Shown piece after piece: positions 9,411 through 20,791 of a stretch of 64,000 bases of DNA. The stretch spans positions 96,001-160,000 of the forward strand of contig JBIPSI010000006.1 of assembly GCA_044070495.1 (NCBI GenBank). Reading direction: 5' to 3'. The notes beneath the pieces were generated by a model that made no database searches, was not told where the DNA came from, and worked only from the letters and a program-made list of their open reading frames with translations. This DNA is from Spirulina sp. (GTDB lineage Bacteria > Cyanobacteriota > Cyanobacteriia > Phormidesmidales > Phormidesmidaceae). The position numbers and the translations under genes were made by a program. Each line of letters opens with the position of its first letter. Position 1 is the first letter of the stretch.

Positions 9411-11201
9411 CTAACGCTTCACCAGTTTCTTCGACACCTTCCGCAGGCGGATGGATTCGGGGGTGATTTCCACCAGTTCCTCAGGGCCGATGTATTCTAG
9501 CGCCCGCTCCAGGCTCATGTCGATGGGGCTTTGGAGCTGCACCAGTTCGTCACCGCTAGCGGCCCGATGGTTGGTGAGCTGTTTGGTTTTGCAGATATTC
9601 AGCTCAAGATCCTGGTTGCGGTTGTGCTCACCCACAATCATGCCCTTATACACCTTAGTGCCGGGGGTAATGAAGAACACGCCGCGATCCTCAGCGTTCT
9701 TGAGGGCGTAGAAGGTGGCCACGCCTTCCTCAAAAGCAATCAACACCCCGTTGCGGCGAGCCTCGATATCGCCACAGAGGGGCCGATAGTCAAGGAAGCT
9801 GTGGTTCATAATGCCTTCCCCACGGGTCAGGCGCATAAACTCACCGCGAAAGCCAACCAGTCCCCGTGCCGGAATCACAAACTCTAGGGTGGCGCGGCCA
9901 TCGCCCATCACCCGCATGTCTTGCATTTCGGCCCGCCGCTGGCCCAGGCGTTCCATACAGCCGCCCACGCCCTCTTCCGGTACGTCCAGAATCAGCAGTT
10001 CGTAGGGTTCGCAGGGTTGGCCGTTCACTTCCCGGTAGATCACCTGGGGCTGAGACACCTGGAACTCGTAGCCTTCCCGGCGCATGGTTTCAATCAAAAT
10101 GCCCAGGTGCAGTTCCCCCCGACCGGAGACCGCAAAGCGATCCGGAGAGTCGGTGGGTTCTACCCGCAGGGCCACGTTGGTTTCCAGTTCGCGCATCAGG
10201 CGATCCCGCAGTTGTCGGGAGGTGACAAAGCTGCCCTCCTGCCCCGCAAAGGGGGAATCGTTGACCACAAAGGTCATTTGCAGGGTGGGCTCGTCTACCT
10301 TAATTAGCGGCAGGGCTTGGGGATTGTTGGGGCAGGTGATGGTTTCGCCAATGTTGGCATCGGCAAAGCCCGCCAACGCAACGATTTGGCCAGCGGAAGC
10401 CTGTTCGATTTCAATCCGGCGCAGTCCTTCAAAGCCCAGCAGTTTGGAGATTTTGGACTTCACCATGCTGCCGTCTTCCTTAATCAGCGCGGCCTGCTGT
10501 CCGGCGGTGATGGTGCCGTTGTGGATTTTCCCGATCACAATGCGGCCCAGGTATTCGGAATAGTCGAGGGTCGTCACCTGGATCTGGAGGGGCTTGTCCA
10601 CATCGCCCACCGGGGGCGGCACATGGTCGAGGATGGACTCGAACAGGGGCTGCATATCGACGCTCTCGTCTTCCAGTTGCAGCTTGGCAAAACCCGCCAT
10701 CCCAGAGGCGAACAGGTAGGGAAACTCGCACTGGTCGTCGTCGGCCCCCAGTTCCAGGAACAGATCCAGCACCTTATCCACCGCGCCGTGGGGTTCGGCC
10801 TGGGGACGGTCAATTTTGTTGATGACGACGATGGGACGCAGACCCTTTTCCAGGGCTTTTTTCAGCACAAAGCGGGTCTGGGGCATGGGGCCTTCGTTGG
10901 CATCCACAATTAGGATACAGCCGTCTACCATGCCTAGCACGCGCTCCACCTCGCCACCAAAGTCGGCGTGACCAGGGGTGTCTACGATGTTGATCAAGGT
11001 GTCTTTATATTGGACGGCGGTGTTCTTGGACAGGATGGTGATGCCCCGCTCCCGTTCCAGATCGTTGGAGTCCATGACGCAGTCTGGAACCTCTTCCCCC
11101 TCGCGGAAAATACCAGATTGCTTGAGTAGCGCATCAACCAGGGTGGTTTTACCGTGGTCAACGTGGGCAATGATCGCGACGTTGCGGATAGGAAGAGTCA
11201 T
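9411..11201 (-). CDS. typA: Translational GTPase TypA/BipA
   Basis: [48 protein letters not shown]. Confidence 0.98.
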   Translation of the reverse strand: MTLPIRNVAIIAHVDHGKTTLVDALLKQSGIFREGEEVPDCVMDSNDLERERGITILSKNTAVQYKDTLINIVDTPGHADFGGEVERVLGMVDGCILIVDANEGPMPQTRFVLKKALEKGLRPIVVINKIDRPQAEPHGAVDKVLDLFLELGADDDQCEFPYLFASGMAGFAKLQLEDESVDMQPLFESILDHVPPPVGDVDKPLQIQVTTLDYSEYLGRIVIGKIHNGTITAGQQAALIKEDGSMVKSKISKLLGFEGLRRIEIEQASAGQIVALAGFADANIGETITCPNNPQALPLIKVDEPTLQMTFVVNDSPFAGQEGSFVTSRQLRDRLMRELETNVALRVEPTDSPDRFAVSGRGELHLGILIETMRREGYEFQVSQPQVIYREVNGQPCEPYELLILDVPEEGVGGCMERLGQRRAEMQDMRVMGDGRATLEFVIPARGLVGFRGEFMRLTRGEGIMNHSFLDYRPLCGDIEARRNGVLIAFEEGVATFYALKNAEDRGVFFITPGTKVYKGMIVGEHNRNQDLELNICKTKQLTNHRAASGDELVQLQSPIDMSLERALEYIGPEELVEITPESIRLRKVSKKLVKR

Positions 11202-11404
11202 AAAGGAAAGGTAAGGGGTAAAGCGTCGGCAGTAACAAACGGGCTACGAAACTCAGCCCGAGCGCCCGCTAACCAGAAGCTCAAGATAAGTTCCGAATAT
11301 GCAAAAAGTCTTAACAATTGTAGCGTAATGCACAGAGACCCGTCACGATCTCTATCAACAAACGCGAATAATTAGGTTGGGGGGGATTGTTCAATTCCCT
11401 TGGC

Positions 11405-11493
11405 TCTCACCCTAAATCCCTCTCCCAAGTTGGGAGGGACCTTGAAGCACTTCCGACTCCCTCCTAGGAGAGGAGTTGGGGGTGGGGGTTGAG
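11405..11493. repeat. Cyanobacterial palindromic dispersed repeat
   Basis: CTCACCCTAAATCCCTCTCCCAAGTTGGGAGGGAC...CTCCTAGGAGAGGAGTTGGGGGTGGGGG nested hairpins in the typA-petA spacer. Confidence 0.6.
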
Positions 11494-11590
11494 TTAGTCC
11501 AATAAAAGTCCAACCATAAAAAGCCCCATAAAAAAGGGGTGCCGGAGCACCCCAGTGATTCATGGTGGCTTGGCCAACGGTGGCTAAGCC

Positions 11591-12589
11591 TTAGAAGCTA
11601 AGTTCGGCGGCTTGGACGCGCTCCACCTGCTTCTTCTTCAGCACCAGCATGATTTGGGTCAGCATGACCGCCGCCACGAAGGCGATCAGACCCTTAATCC
11701 GGTTGGGGCTTTGCAGCACGATTTCGGTATCCATTTGGCCGAAACCGCCCACGTTGGGGTTGGTGGTCAGGGGCTTGCCTGCTTCCACGGCATCGCCTTC
11801 GGAGACGAGGAGTTCGGGGCCAGCGGGGATGGTATCCACGACGGCTTCGCCGTCATCGGTGGTCAGGGTCACGGCATAGCCACCATCGGCTTGAGCAGCA
11901 ATGGCCGTCACGGTGCCAGAGGCAGAGGCGTTGACGACGTAGTTATTGCTGTTCAGACCCGTGGGATACACCTGGCCACGACCCCGGTTGCCGCCGACGT
12001 GGATTTGGTACTTACCAAAGGAAACAGCCTTGTTGTTGGCCGGGTCGGGGGAGAGAATTGGGAAGACGATCTCCTGATACTGTTCGCCCGGTAGGGGGCC
12101 GACAAGGAGGATGTTCTCCTGGGTGTCGCTATAGGGCATAAAGTAGGTGCCGCCCACTTCTTCGGCCAGATCCTCAGGGATCCGATCCGCTGGGGCCAGC
12201 TTAAAGCCCTCAGGCAGCACCACCACGGCACCGACGTTGAGGCCACCCTTGCTGCCATCGCCCAGCACTTGCTGGGTATTCAGGTCGTAGGGGATTTCCA
12301 CCTTCAGGGGGAAAACAGTGTCGGGTAGAACGGCTTGGGGGACTTCTACCTTGGTGGGCTTGGCCGCTAAGTGGCAGTTGGCGCAAACAATTCGGCCCGT
12401 GGCTTCGCGGGGAACTTCGTAGTTTTCCTGTGCCCAGAAGGGATAGGCGGCGGCGGATTGGGGCTGAACCAGCACCCCGCCCAGAACGAGAAGAACGGTG
12501 GCAAAGGCAACGGCAACTGGCCGCCAACGACGCACCGATGAGATGAATGCAGTCATGGGTGTATATGTCATAGCTATGGAGTGTGTCAT
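11591..12589 (-). CDS. petA: Apocytochrome f
   Basis: YPFWAQ mature N-terminus, CANCH heme motif, [12 protein letters not shown]-terminal TM + LKKKQVE; exact start uncertain. Confidence 0.98.
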   Translation of the reverse strand: MTHSIAMTYTPMTAFISSVRRWRPVAVAFATVLLVLGGVLVQPQSAAAYPFWAQENYEVPREATGRIVCANCHLAAKPTKVEVPQAVLPDTVFPLKVEIPYDLNTQQVLGDGSKGGLNVGAVVVLPEGFKLAPADRIPEDLAEEVGGTYFMPYSDTQENILLVGPLPGEQYQEIVFPILSPDPANNKAVSFGKYQIHVGGNRGRGQVYPTGLNSNNYVVNASASGTVTAIAAQADGGYAVTLTTDDGEAVVDTIPAGPELLVSEGDAVEAGKPLTTNPNVGGFGQMDTEIVLQSPNRIKGLIAFVAAVMLTQIMLVLKKKQVERVQAAELSF

Positions 12590-12614
12590 GGAGACCGGCT
12601 AGGGGCGGTTGACC

Positions 12615-13157
12615 CTAGGCCCACCAGGGGCCTTCGCCAGTGCGGAAGTCGGTTTCCGTCCAGTTGGTGAGGGAAACCTTGTCGTCTTCGGTGACATCGG
12701 CATGGGCCAGGGCCAGAGACAGGGGCGCAGGGCCGCGCACCACCTTACCCGTAGCATCGTACTGGGAGCCGTGACAGGGGCACATAAATTTGTTTTCGCT
12801 GGCGTTCCAGGGCACCACGCAGCCCAGGTGGGTGCAGATGGAGTTGATGCCGTAGCTTTCTAGGCTGCCGTTGTCTTTGACCACCAGGTAGGTGGGGTCG
12901 CCCTTCAGCCCTTGCACCAGGACGCGGTCGCCGGGGTTGTGAGCCGCCAAGAATGAACTGGCGATCACGTCGTTGCCCAGTTCGTTTTTGGCGGTTACAC
13001 CACCGCCGCCGCCGCCGCTAGAGGGCGGGACAAAATATTTGACCACCGGGTAGAGCATGCCCAGGACAGTTCCCGTAGCCGCCCCGAAGGTCAGCAGGTT
13101 CATAAATTGGCGACGCCCCAAATCGGGGACATCGGAGGTTCCAGAAACTTGAGTCAT
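12615..13157 (-). CDS. petC: Cytochrome b6-f Rieske iron-sulfur subunit
   Basis: Tat motif GRRQFMN, CTHLGC and CPCHGS. Confidence 0.98.
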   Translation of the reverse strand: MTQVSGTSDVPDLGRRQFMNLLTFGAATGTVLGMLYPVVKYFVPPSSGGGGGGVTAKNELGNDVIASSFLAAHNPGDRVLVQGLKGDPTYLVVKDNGSLESYGINSICTHLGCVVPWNASENKFMCPCHGSQYDATGKVVRGPAPLSLALAHADVTEDDKVSLTNWTETDFRTGEGPWWA

Positions 13158-13601
13158 AATTTAAGACTGGTGTACCCGTTCAAATGTATTATCAGCAACT
13201 ATTCACGCTCCCCAGGCTGTGCCACCGCCGACCGAAACTGCGCCGTTACAGCGCCATCGCCTGGGCCGACAGAGCGCAAAACCACTCCCACGGAAGCCTA
13301 GAACTTAACCAATCGTATTATTGCACCATGATGTTCTCAGATTCGTGGCGTTCAACGATGGTCAGCCGAGGGGGAGGAATTGCCTGCCACCTTGACGGAA
13401 GAAAATTGGATTATGCCATGTATCAGGGCTTAAAATGCGTATCTAGTCGGGACTTAGGGCGACGACATCGTGATTTAACTAGCAAATCCTCATTTTTGAC
13501 TGATTACGCTTATTTTTTGCTCCTGAAGATCAAGACTGATTCCGACACCGTATCGTAAAGAAATGTATCAAGCAGGACGGGCGGCAACCCCAGGAGGCGC
13601 G

Positions 13602-13919
13602 ATGACCGGACAGGATCTACACACCCTATTGGTGGACAAGTGGGGCTATTCCTACGACCTTCAACTGCGCCGTACCCAGGGCAAAATTTTTCTTCAGGTG
13701 ATGTGGCGTTACCTAGAGCAGGCTTCTTTTCCCCTCAGCGAGGAGGACTACCTAGCCCATCTCAACCAGGTGGCCCTGTACCTGAATGAGTGGGGCCAAA
13801 GCGCCTACGTCCAAACCTGGATTGCCGAAACCCGCGAAAAGCCCCGCCTGGGCAAGGCCGTGAGTATCCTCCTACCGCTGGGAGATCGGGCGTTGGAATG
13901 GCTGGCGGACGAATTTTAG
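13602..13919 (+). CDS. DUF3067 family protein
   Basis: KWGYSYDLQLRR..LQVMWRYLEQASFPL..PRLGKAVS; AGGAGG RBS before ATG 13602; divergent from petC. Confidence 0.85.
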   Translation: MTGQDLHTLLVDKWGYSYDLQLRRTQGKIFLQVMWRYLEQASFPLSEEDYLAHLNQVALYLNEWGQSAYVQTWIAETREKPRLGKAVSILLPLGDRALEWLADEF

Positions 13920-14354
13920 GGGGGATATCAGGGCTGAGCCTAGGGGTTGGCGTAGGGCCAGGAAGTCAAAAAGCCTTGGGTAAGGCGGGACAATCATCCC
14001 GACTTTGGTTAATATTTTCTTAATTAATAAATTTTTTAGCTTCGGCGTTTTCAGCACTCTCGACGGCATGGCTTCCATGGCGATTCCGGTGGGCGAGGGT
14101 GAGGCGAAGTGGGGCAAATCTGTCAGCGGGCGATAACACGCCCAGCCGATAGACCGCCACCTTCAACCACGTTTTGGCAGCATTGAAACGGGGCCGCGTA
14201 GGCCGACCTGGTAGAGGTGAGACTCAGCACCAGCGGCAACAATTCGCGTTGTTTCCTAGTGAGATTGATTGCTCCGAATAAGGATAAATGCTCAAAAGGT
14301 TTTGATTTAGGAATGTTAGGATTTCCTAGGTGAACATGCTCAGAGGGGCCTGCT

Positions 14355-15350
14355 GTGATTCGTTCTGCCACCCTACCGGTACAGATGCCGTCGCTTCCCG
14401 CCTTTAGCGACAACAATCGTCTAAAGCTCTTTTCCGGTTCCGCCAACGTCGAACTTGCCCGTGAAGTGGCCCGCTATCTGGGCACCGATCTAGGGCCGAT
14501 GGTGCGTAAGCGGTTTGCCGACGGTGAACTCTACATTCAAATTCAAGAATCTATTCGGGGCTGCGATGTCTATCTCATCCAGCCCACCTGCCATCCGGTG
14601 AACGATCACCTGATGGAATTGCTGATTATGGTGGATGCCTGTCGGCGGGCTTCTGCACGGCAAATTACAGCGGTGGTGCCCTACTACGGCTATGCCCGTG
14701 CCGACCGCAAAACCGCTGGTCGAGAATCTATTACCGCCAAACTGGTGGCCAACCTAGTAGCGAAGGCGGGGGCCAGTCGGGTACTTGCTATCGACCTCCA
14801 CTCGGCCCAAATTCAGGGCTATTTTGATATTCCCTGCGACCATGTCTACGGTACCCCGGTGCTGATTGACTATATCTCTAGCAAAAAGCTGGAGGATTTG
14901 GTGGTGGTATCGCCGGACGTAGGCGGCGTGGCCCGTGCCCGTGCCTTTGCTAAAAAGCTCAACGATGCGCCCCTCGCCATCATCGACAAACGCCGCCAAG
15001 CCCACAACGTGGCGGAAGTCATGAACGTGATTGGCGATGTGCATGGCAAAACGGCGGTGCTGGTAGACGACATGATCGACACCGCTGGCACCATTTGCGA
15101 AGGGGCCAGGCTCTTGAAGAAAGAAGGGGCACGCCAGGTCTATGCCTGCGCTACCCACCCCGTTTTCTCGCCCCCGGCGGTGGAACGCTTGTCCAGCGGC
15201 CTCTTTGAAGAGGTGATTGTCACCAACACTATCCCCATGACCACCGCCCGCCAGTTTGAGCAGCTCACGGTGCTTTCCATGGCCAACCTCCTCGGTGAAG
15301 CGATCTGGCGCATCCACGAAGAAAGCTCCGTTAGCAGCATGTTCCGATAG
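14355..15350 (+). CDS. prs: Ribose-phosphate pyrophosphokinase
   Basis: FADGE, PYYGYARADRK, VSPDVGGVARA, VDDMIDTAGT. Confidence 0.98.
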   Translation: MIRSATLPVQMPSLPAFSDNNRLKLFSGSANVELAREVARYLGTDLGPMVRKRFADGELYIQIQESIRGCDVYLIQPTCHPVNDHLMELLIMVDACRRASARQITAVVPYYGYARADRKTAGRESITAKLVANLVAKAGASRVLAIDLHSAQIQGYFDIPCDHVYGTPVLIDYISSKKLEDLVVVSPDVGGVARARAFAKKLNDAPLAIIDKRRQAHNVAEVMNVIGDVHGKTAVLVDDMIDTAGTICEGARLLKKEGARQVYACATHPVFSPPAVERLSSGLFEEVIVTNTIPMTTARQFEQLTVLSMANLLGEAIWRIHEESSVSSMFR

Positions 15351-15370
15351 ATGGATCGCCGCTCAATGTA

Positions 15371-15398
15371 CCGTAGGGGCGAGATTCCCTCGCCCTAC
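15371..15398 (+). repeat. GTAG-type REP-like palindrome
   Basis: CCGTAGGGGCGAG-ATTCC-CTCGCCCTAC; related copies on minus strand at 53714-53740 and 62681-62705. Confidence 0.7.
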
Positions 15399-15476
15399 CA
15401 AACTAGAAGTAATCAACCAGGATTTAGGGTTCGCTCACCAAAACCAGAAATCCAGCGTCAGAAGACCCGTAGCGCT

Positions 15477-16076
15477 ATGGTTGCCGCTTTCAACTACGTT
15501 TCCCCAGAAGACTACCTCGCTGCCGAAGCCGACCGCCCCATCAAGCACGAGTACCGCGATGGGGACGTTTACGCCATGGCCGGGGGCACCGATGCCCATA
15601 ACCAGATTGCGGGAAACCTGTATACGTTCCTGAGAAATCATCTGCGCGGGAGCGGTTGCCGTACCTATTTTGCGGATGTTAAAGCCCGCATTGAAGCCCT
15701 CAATCGTTTTTACTATCCTGATGTGATGGTGACCTGCGACGAACGGGATACAGCCCTCAGTACTTACAAACAGCATCCTTGCCTAATTGTAGAAGTTTTA
15801 TCTGAGAGTACCGAAGCCTTTGACCGGGGCAACAAATTTGCCGATTATCGCCACCTAGACAGCCTGGAAGAGTACGTGCTGATTTCCCAGACGCGACAGC
15901 AGGTGGAAGTCTTTCGCCGCAATGAGGAGGGGCTGTGGGTACTGCATCCCTATAGCGAAGGGGATCGGGTCGTCCTTGCCAGCGTGAATTGGGATGGGGC
16001 GATGGCTGACCTCTACGAGGACGTGGTTTTTTCTCAGCCTGATGCCTCTGAGTCTGGGGAGTCACTAAATCGCTAA
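15477..16076 (+). CDS. Uma2 (DUF820) family endonuclease-like protein
   Basis: HEYRDG..MAGGT..H, YYPDVMVTC, VEVLSEST..DRGNKF..Y. Confidence 0.92.
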   Translation: MVAAFNYVSPEDYLAAEADRPIKHEYRDGDVYAMAGGTDAHNQIAGNLYTFLRNHLRGSGCRTYFADVKARIEALNRFYYPDVMVTCDERDTALSTYKQHPCLIVEVLSESTEAFDRGNKFADYRHLDSLEEYVLISQTRQQVEVFRRNEEGLWVLHPYSEGDRVVLASVNWDGAMADLYEDVVFSQPDASESGESLNR

Positions 16077-16080
16077 ATAC

Positions 16081-16114
16081 AGAAGCCCGGTGTCTGCGGG
16101 GAAACCGGGCTTCT
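16081..16114. terminator. Hairpin between convergent Uma2 and amt genes (terminator or repeat-derived)
   Basis: AGAAGCCCGGT...ACCGGGCTTCT 11-bp inverted repeat. Confidence 0.6.
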
Positions 16115-16121
16115 AGATTGG

Positions 16122-17600
16122 TTAGTGGGTGATTTCAAATTCGGGGTAGGCTTCCATGGCATGTTCGCCCAGGTCGAGGCCGTTGTGTTCTTCGGTGGCG
16201 GAGACCCGGATACCGATGGAGGCTTTGATGATCAGCCAGCTCACCAGGCTAAACAGCACGGTAAACGCGGCAACGGCCACAACCCCCAGCAGTTGAATCA
16301 GGATTTGGACTAGCCCACCGCCCATGAACAGGCCAGCCAGGGGACCGCCATCGGTGCCGTACCAGGGGTAAATGCCGGGGCCAACGCTGAACAGACCCAC
16401 CGCCAGGGTGCCCCATACGCCGCAGACCAGGTGAACGGAAATGGCTCCCACGGGGTCGTCAATTTTGAGGCGATCCACAAAGGTGACCGAGAACACAACC
16501 AGGATTCCCGCCAGCAGGCCAATCAGCGCGGCGCTGCCCAGATTGACGTAGGCACAGGGGGCGGTGATGGCCACCAGGCCAGCCAGCACGCCGTTGATAA
16601 TCATGGAGAGGTCGGGTTTGCCGAGGTAAAGCCAGGAGGTGACGGTGGCGGCGAGGGCACCCATGGCGGCGGCCAGGTTGGTGGTGACAACAATGTGGCT
16701 GATGGCAAAGGGGTCGGCGGCCATGGTGGAACCGGGGTTAAAACCAAACCAGCCCAGCCAAAGAATCAAACAGCCTAGGGCGGAAAGGCTGAGGTTGTGT
16801 CCCGGCATGGCCACCGGACGCTGTTGGTAGCGCCCTAGACGGGGCCCAAGCAGAATCGCCCCAATCAACGCCGCCCAACCGCCGACGGAATGCACCACGG
16901 TGGAACCCGCGAAGTCATAGAAGCCCACCGTGGCCAAAAAACCGCCGCCCCAAACCCAGTGGCCCGTAATCGGGTAGGAAATGCCCACCAGCAGCAGGCT
17001 GAAGATGAAGAAGGCCAGAAACTTGATCCGCTCGGCTACGGCCCCAGAAACGATGGTGGCAGCGGTTCCAGCAAAGGCCAACTGAAAGAAAAATTTGGCC
17101 TTGAGAGGTATCCCGGCCCAACTGAGGGATTCGTAGGCTCCCTGGTAATCGGCACCGGTGGCGGGGCTGTTATCGGCACCGCTGAGGAAAAAGCCAGAGT
17201 AGCCGAAGACCCCGTTGCCATCGCCAAACATCAGCCCAAAGCCCAGCACCCAAAAGGCCAGGGTAGAGAGGCCAAAGACAATCAGGTTTTTGGCCAGCAG
17301 GTTTACGGCATTTTTGCTGCGACAGAATCCGGTTTCTAACATGCAGAATCCGGCATTCATGAAAAACACCAGAAACCCTGCGACCAGTACCCACAGGGTA
17401 TCCACCGCAACCTGAAGGGATTCGGGCGTGAGGGCGGAGGTCGTCACCATAACCGGGGCTTCTGGCTGGGCAAACACCGAGGGACTGAAGGCCAATGCGC
17501 CGCCGATCCCTAACCCCAGGGCCCAGGTGAGGGCCGTTATCCATCGCTTTCGCCCCCTCACCAGGAAGGGAAGATGCACACTGATACGATGCTGTCCCAT
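16122..17600 (-). CDS. amt: Ammonium transporter (Amt family)
   Basis: [43 protein letters not shown]. Confidence 0.97.
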   Translation of the reverse strand: MGQHRISVHLPFLVRGRKRWITALTWALGLGIGGALAFSPSVFAQPEAPVMVTTSALTPESLQVAVDTLWVLVAGFLVFFMNAGFCMLETGFCRSKNAVNLLAKNLIVFGLSTLAFWVLGFGLMFGDGNGVFGYSGFFLSGADNSPATGADYQGAYESLSWAGIPLKAKFFFQLAFAGTAATIVSGAVAERIKFLAFFIFSLLLVGISYPITGHWVWGGGFLATVGFYDFAGSTVVHSVGGWAALIGAILLGPRLGRYQQRPVAMPGHNLSLSALGCLILWLGWFGFNPGSTMAADPFAISHIVVTTNLAAAMGALAATVTSWLYLGKPDLSMIINGVLAGLVAITAPCAYVNLGSAALIGLLAGILVVFSVTFVDRLKIDDPVGAISVHLVCGVWGTLAVGLFSVGPGIYPWYGTDGGPLAGLFMGGGLVQILIQLLGVVAVAAFTVLFSLVSWLIIKASIGIRVSATEEHNGLDLGEHAMEAYPEFEITH

Positions 17601-17635
17601 GCGATTTTTTGATCTCCAACGCCAAATCCTTAAGG

Positions 17636-17676
17636 ACTATACCAACTGCGGGAAATTCTGAAGTAGCGGTATATCC
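17636..17676 (-). promoter_or_regulatory. Possible NtcA-activated promoter of amt (imperfect site)
   Basis: Minus strand GGA-N8-TAC, 21 nt, then TATAGT; one mismatch to GTA-N8-TAC; cyanobacterial amt genes are commonly NtcA-controlled. Confidence 0.4.
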
Positions 17677-17778
17677 CATTACCCACAGGATTTCCCGTAG
17701 TCCACAGAACGGTACATCCGTGCAAACTTGGGGAACCCTTGTATTCTGGTAATAGCGGATTGATGGCAGGTAGCCCCC

Positions 17779-18231
17779 ATGAGTGAATGGCTTGACCACA
17801 GCGTAATTGTGGATGTGGATGTTCCGGTAGAAACTTCCTGGGATCTCTGGTGCGATCTAGAACAGATGCCGAAGTGGATGAAGTGGATTGACTCCGTACG
17901 CATTCCCCCGGAGACCCCGGAACTATCGGAATGGAAACTGGCTTCGCGAGGGCTGGAGTTTACCTGGCGTTCCAAAATTACCAATCTAGTAGAACACCAA
18001 ATTATTCAGTGGGAAGCTATTGATGGTCTGCCCAACAAAGGGGCGATTCGGTTCTATGACCGCAAAGAAGGCCAATCCAGCGTCAAGCTAACGGTGTCCT
18101 ACGCTATTCCTTCGATTATTAAATGGATGGATGGGCTGTTTTTGGGTCGTTTGGTAGAAGGTACGCTTCAGTCTGACCTCAACCGCTTTCGCGACTATGC
18201 CCAAACCCACCACCAGCCCCCCGCCGCCTAG
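17779..18231 (+). CDS. SRPBCC (START-like/polyketide cyclase) family protein
   Basis: WLDHSV..W.DLEQMPKWMKWI..QWEAIDGLPNKGAIRFYDR. Confidence 0.88.
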   Translation: MSEWLDHSVIVDVDVPVETSWDLWCDLEQMPKWMKWIDSVRIPPETPELSEWKLASRGLEFTWRSKITNLVEHQIIQWEAIDGLPNKGAIRFYDRKEGQSSVKLTVSYAIPSIIKWMDGLFLGRLVEGTLQSDLNRFRDYAQTHHQPPAA

Positions 18232-18241
18232 GGCCAAGGGG

Positions 18242-20791
18242 ATGGATGGGATTCAGAAAAGCCTCGACAATCTAATCCTGGAAACCCTCTTCTTGCAGGA
18301 CTTGGGCTGGGAACCTGTGCCTGAGGCTTGGCCCGATGACGCTTCCCCGATGGCGCTGAGGTTGGCCCAACGGGGGACAGCGACCGTCATTTTGGCGATG
18401 GCGAATGGGCCAGAGGATAGGCTAGATGAGGGGCCAGAGGGTCGAGCGGGGCTAGAATCTCGATTACAACAGATTGCCGCCACGGTGGCGGATCCCCTAG
18501 TGATTATCGTGGCTGACGATGGCCACCGCAGTCTGTGGGCTTGGCGCACCCATCCAGATCGAGATGCCCCCTGGCGCTTGCAGATGGTCATTCGAGGCCA
18601 AGGGGATAGGATTTGGGCCAATCGATTGCGACGGCTGCACGGGGCGCATCAGGATAGGTTTCCTTCCCTTGGATCGGCCCTCAATAGCGACGATCTACCG
18701 GCCACCGCCGACCGCTATCGGGGTTTTCAACAGGGCTGGCACAGCCTCACCCAAGCCTTGACCGACCTGGGAACGGTGGCCGAACGGCGCAGATTTGCCC
18801 TCGTCCTCATGCTGCGGTTGATCGCAGTGGCGGCCCTCCAGCAGCGGGGGTATTTGGGTGGCGATGAGTGGTATCTGCACAACCAGTTTGGCCAAAGTCA
18901 GCAGCGGGGCGCGGATCGGTTCTTTGGGGATATCCTTCAGCCCCTGGCCACCCAGGGCCTAGCATTGCCCATCGAGGAATGGCCCCGACCCCTGCGGGAT
19001 CGCCTTGGCCCCCTACCCTTTCTGCCTCGCCACCCCTTTGGCACCACAGAACTCGACCAGCGCTGGGGCACCCGTCCCCTCCCGGACGACGCCTTTGCCC
19101 CCGCCCTAGAGTGGTTGGGGGATCTGCTGATGGCCCCCGCAACAGTCCTAGGCGACTGGCTGCCCGAACTTCTAGAGCAGTATGTCAATGACCGGGGAGG
19201 TACCGCCCTCGTCACGCCAGAACCCATCCAGACAGGTTTGATCCATCACACCGTCCACGCCCTGCTGATCGATCAGGCTACTCAGGTGACAGGGCAACGC
19301 TATGCCTCGGTAGAGCACCTGCTGCTGACCCTACCCGCCGCCGCCGCCCGTGTCCTCCTGGATCGGTTTGGGCACCTCAGCCTCCTCGATCCGGCCTGTG
19401 GATCGGGGCGATATTTGCGGGTGGCCCTGCACACCTGGCTCTACCTGGCCCAAGCCCTCGCGGCGGTGGCGGGTTTAGATCGAGCCGTTACCCTACCCGA
19501 CTGGATGGGAACCAGGGAGATCCGGTCGCCGGAACGTTGGGGGCTGTACTTTTACCGTCGGTTCGCCAGCCACGGGCTATACGGTGTAGATAGCAGCGCA
19601 GAGGCCATTGATCTCGCCCGTCTGCAAATTTTGCTGGTGGGCATCCAGTACACCCAAAGCGCCCAGGAATTAGCCAGTTTGCCCGATCTCAGCCTCACCC
19701 TAGGCGTGGGCAATGGGCTGATGGGGTTGGTAACAGTGGATGCGGAGCGGTTTGATCAATCCGCCATGAAGGGCCGCCGGGGAACGGGGGGAGAAGCCAC
19801 GGAAGCCATCGCGCCCCCCTTACAGGGCAACCTGTTGCAGCCCTTGATGGCCAACACCTACCAAGCCATTTTGGCCGAACGCCAGGTGCGGGTGGAGCAT
19901 TACCGCAGCCAGATGGAGCTTTTGGGGGAAAGCGGCAGCGTGCCCATCTACGCCCAGGCCGACTTTTTGCGCGACCGTCTAGAGGAACTTAACCAAACCA
20001 CCCAGGCCAAACTAACGGAATTGTTTTGGCAAGAGGCCAGCCAGCAAATGGGGATTCGCGTGCTTCAGTACGATGTCGAGGGACAGCGCCGCATCCGTCC
20101 CCTAGATTTGGCAGACGTGGCGGCGATCCATCCCTTCCACTGGGGCTTTTCCTTTGATCGGCTGATGCAAGAGCGGGGCGGTTTCGACCTGATTATTAGC
20201 CACTTTCCGGGCGGGGTGGTGCAGCCCACCGAGGCCAACTTTTTAGAGGCCCAAGCCGACCTATTTGAAGCCAAGGGCGTGACGCCATCCACCTTTTTGA
20301 ACAACCACAAACAGGTGCTGACCATCGACCCCGACCTCACCCAAGCCTGGGCCAACTATCGCGGCCAGTTTGCCCTGCCCAACCAGTATTTTCGACGATC
20401 CGGCCACTATCCCCACAGCACCCAACCCGCACCGGGCCAAACCCAGTCTCGGCTGTACTGGTCGCGCCTGTTTTTGGAGCGTAGTCTGCAATTGCTGCGC
20501 CCCGGTGGACGGTGTGCAGTGGTGATGGATCCCTTTTGGGCCATGGGCAATAGCGCCCCCCTGCGCCACTGGCTAGAGGCCGAAACCAACCTCGGTGGTG
20601 TAGTGGATATCTCGAACCACAATCATCTTTGGCCGGAATTACCCCCTCGCACCGCCATCAGTCTGCTGTGGCTGACAAAACAAGGCCGCACCCAAGGATC
20701 TCCCTACAGCGCCTACACCCGCACCGACAGGGCACCCACCCCAGAAGGGTTAGCGCCTCTGATGCAACGCCTGATCCACCTGACGGAATAG
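18242..20791 (+). CDS. Eco57I/Type IIG-like adenine methyltransferase homolog with degenerate catalytic motif
   Basis: LLDPACGSG motif I, LYGVD, GNGL, PFHW, LFLERSLQLLRPGG; motif IV reads GGFDLIISHFPG instead of GNPPY. Confidence 0.7.
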   Translation: MDGIQKSLDNLILETLFLQDLGWEPVPEAWPDDASPMALRLAQRGTATVILAMANGPEDRLDEGPEGRAGLESRLQQIAATVADPLVIIVADDGHRSLWAWRTHPDRDAPWRLQMVIRGQGDRIWANRLRRLHGAHQDRFPSLGSALNSDDLPATADRYRGFQQGWHSLTQALTDLGTVAERRRFALVLMLRLIAVAALQQRGYLGGDEWYLHNQFGQSQQRGADRFFGDILQPLATQGLALPIEEWPRPLRDRLGPLPFLPRHPFGTTELDQRWGTRPLPDDAFAPALEWLGDLLMAPATVLGDWLPELLEQYVNDRGGTALVTPEPIQTGLIHHTVHALLIDQATQVTGQRYASVEHLLLTLPAAAARVLLDRFGHLSLLDPACGSGRYLRVALHTWLYLAQALAAVAGLDRAVTLPDWMGTREIRSPERWGLYFYRRFASHGLYGVDSSAEAIDLARLQILLVGIQYTQSAQELASLPDLSLTLGVGNGLMGLVTVDAERFDQSAMKGRRGTGGEATEAIAPPLQGNLLQPLMANTYQAILAERQVRVEHYRSQMELLGESGSVPIYAQADFLRDRLEELNQTTQAKLTELFWQEASQQMGIRVLQYDVEGQRRIRPLDLADVAAIHPFHWGFSFDRLMQERGGFDLIISHFPGGVVQPTEANFLEAQADLFEAKGVTPSTFLNNHKQVLTIDPDLTQAWANYRGQFALPNQYFRRSGHYPHSTQPAPGQTQSRLYWSRLFLERSLQLLRPGGRCAVVMDPFWAMGNSAPLRHWLEAETNLGGVVDISNHNHLWPELPPRTAISLLWLTKQGRTQGSPYSAYTRTDRAPTPEGLAPLMQRLIHLTE

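Noticed and set aside
13920..14354. Possible riboswitch or small ORF upstream of prs
   Set aside because: No recognisable riboswitch consensus; the short ORFs lack motifs
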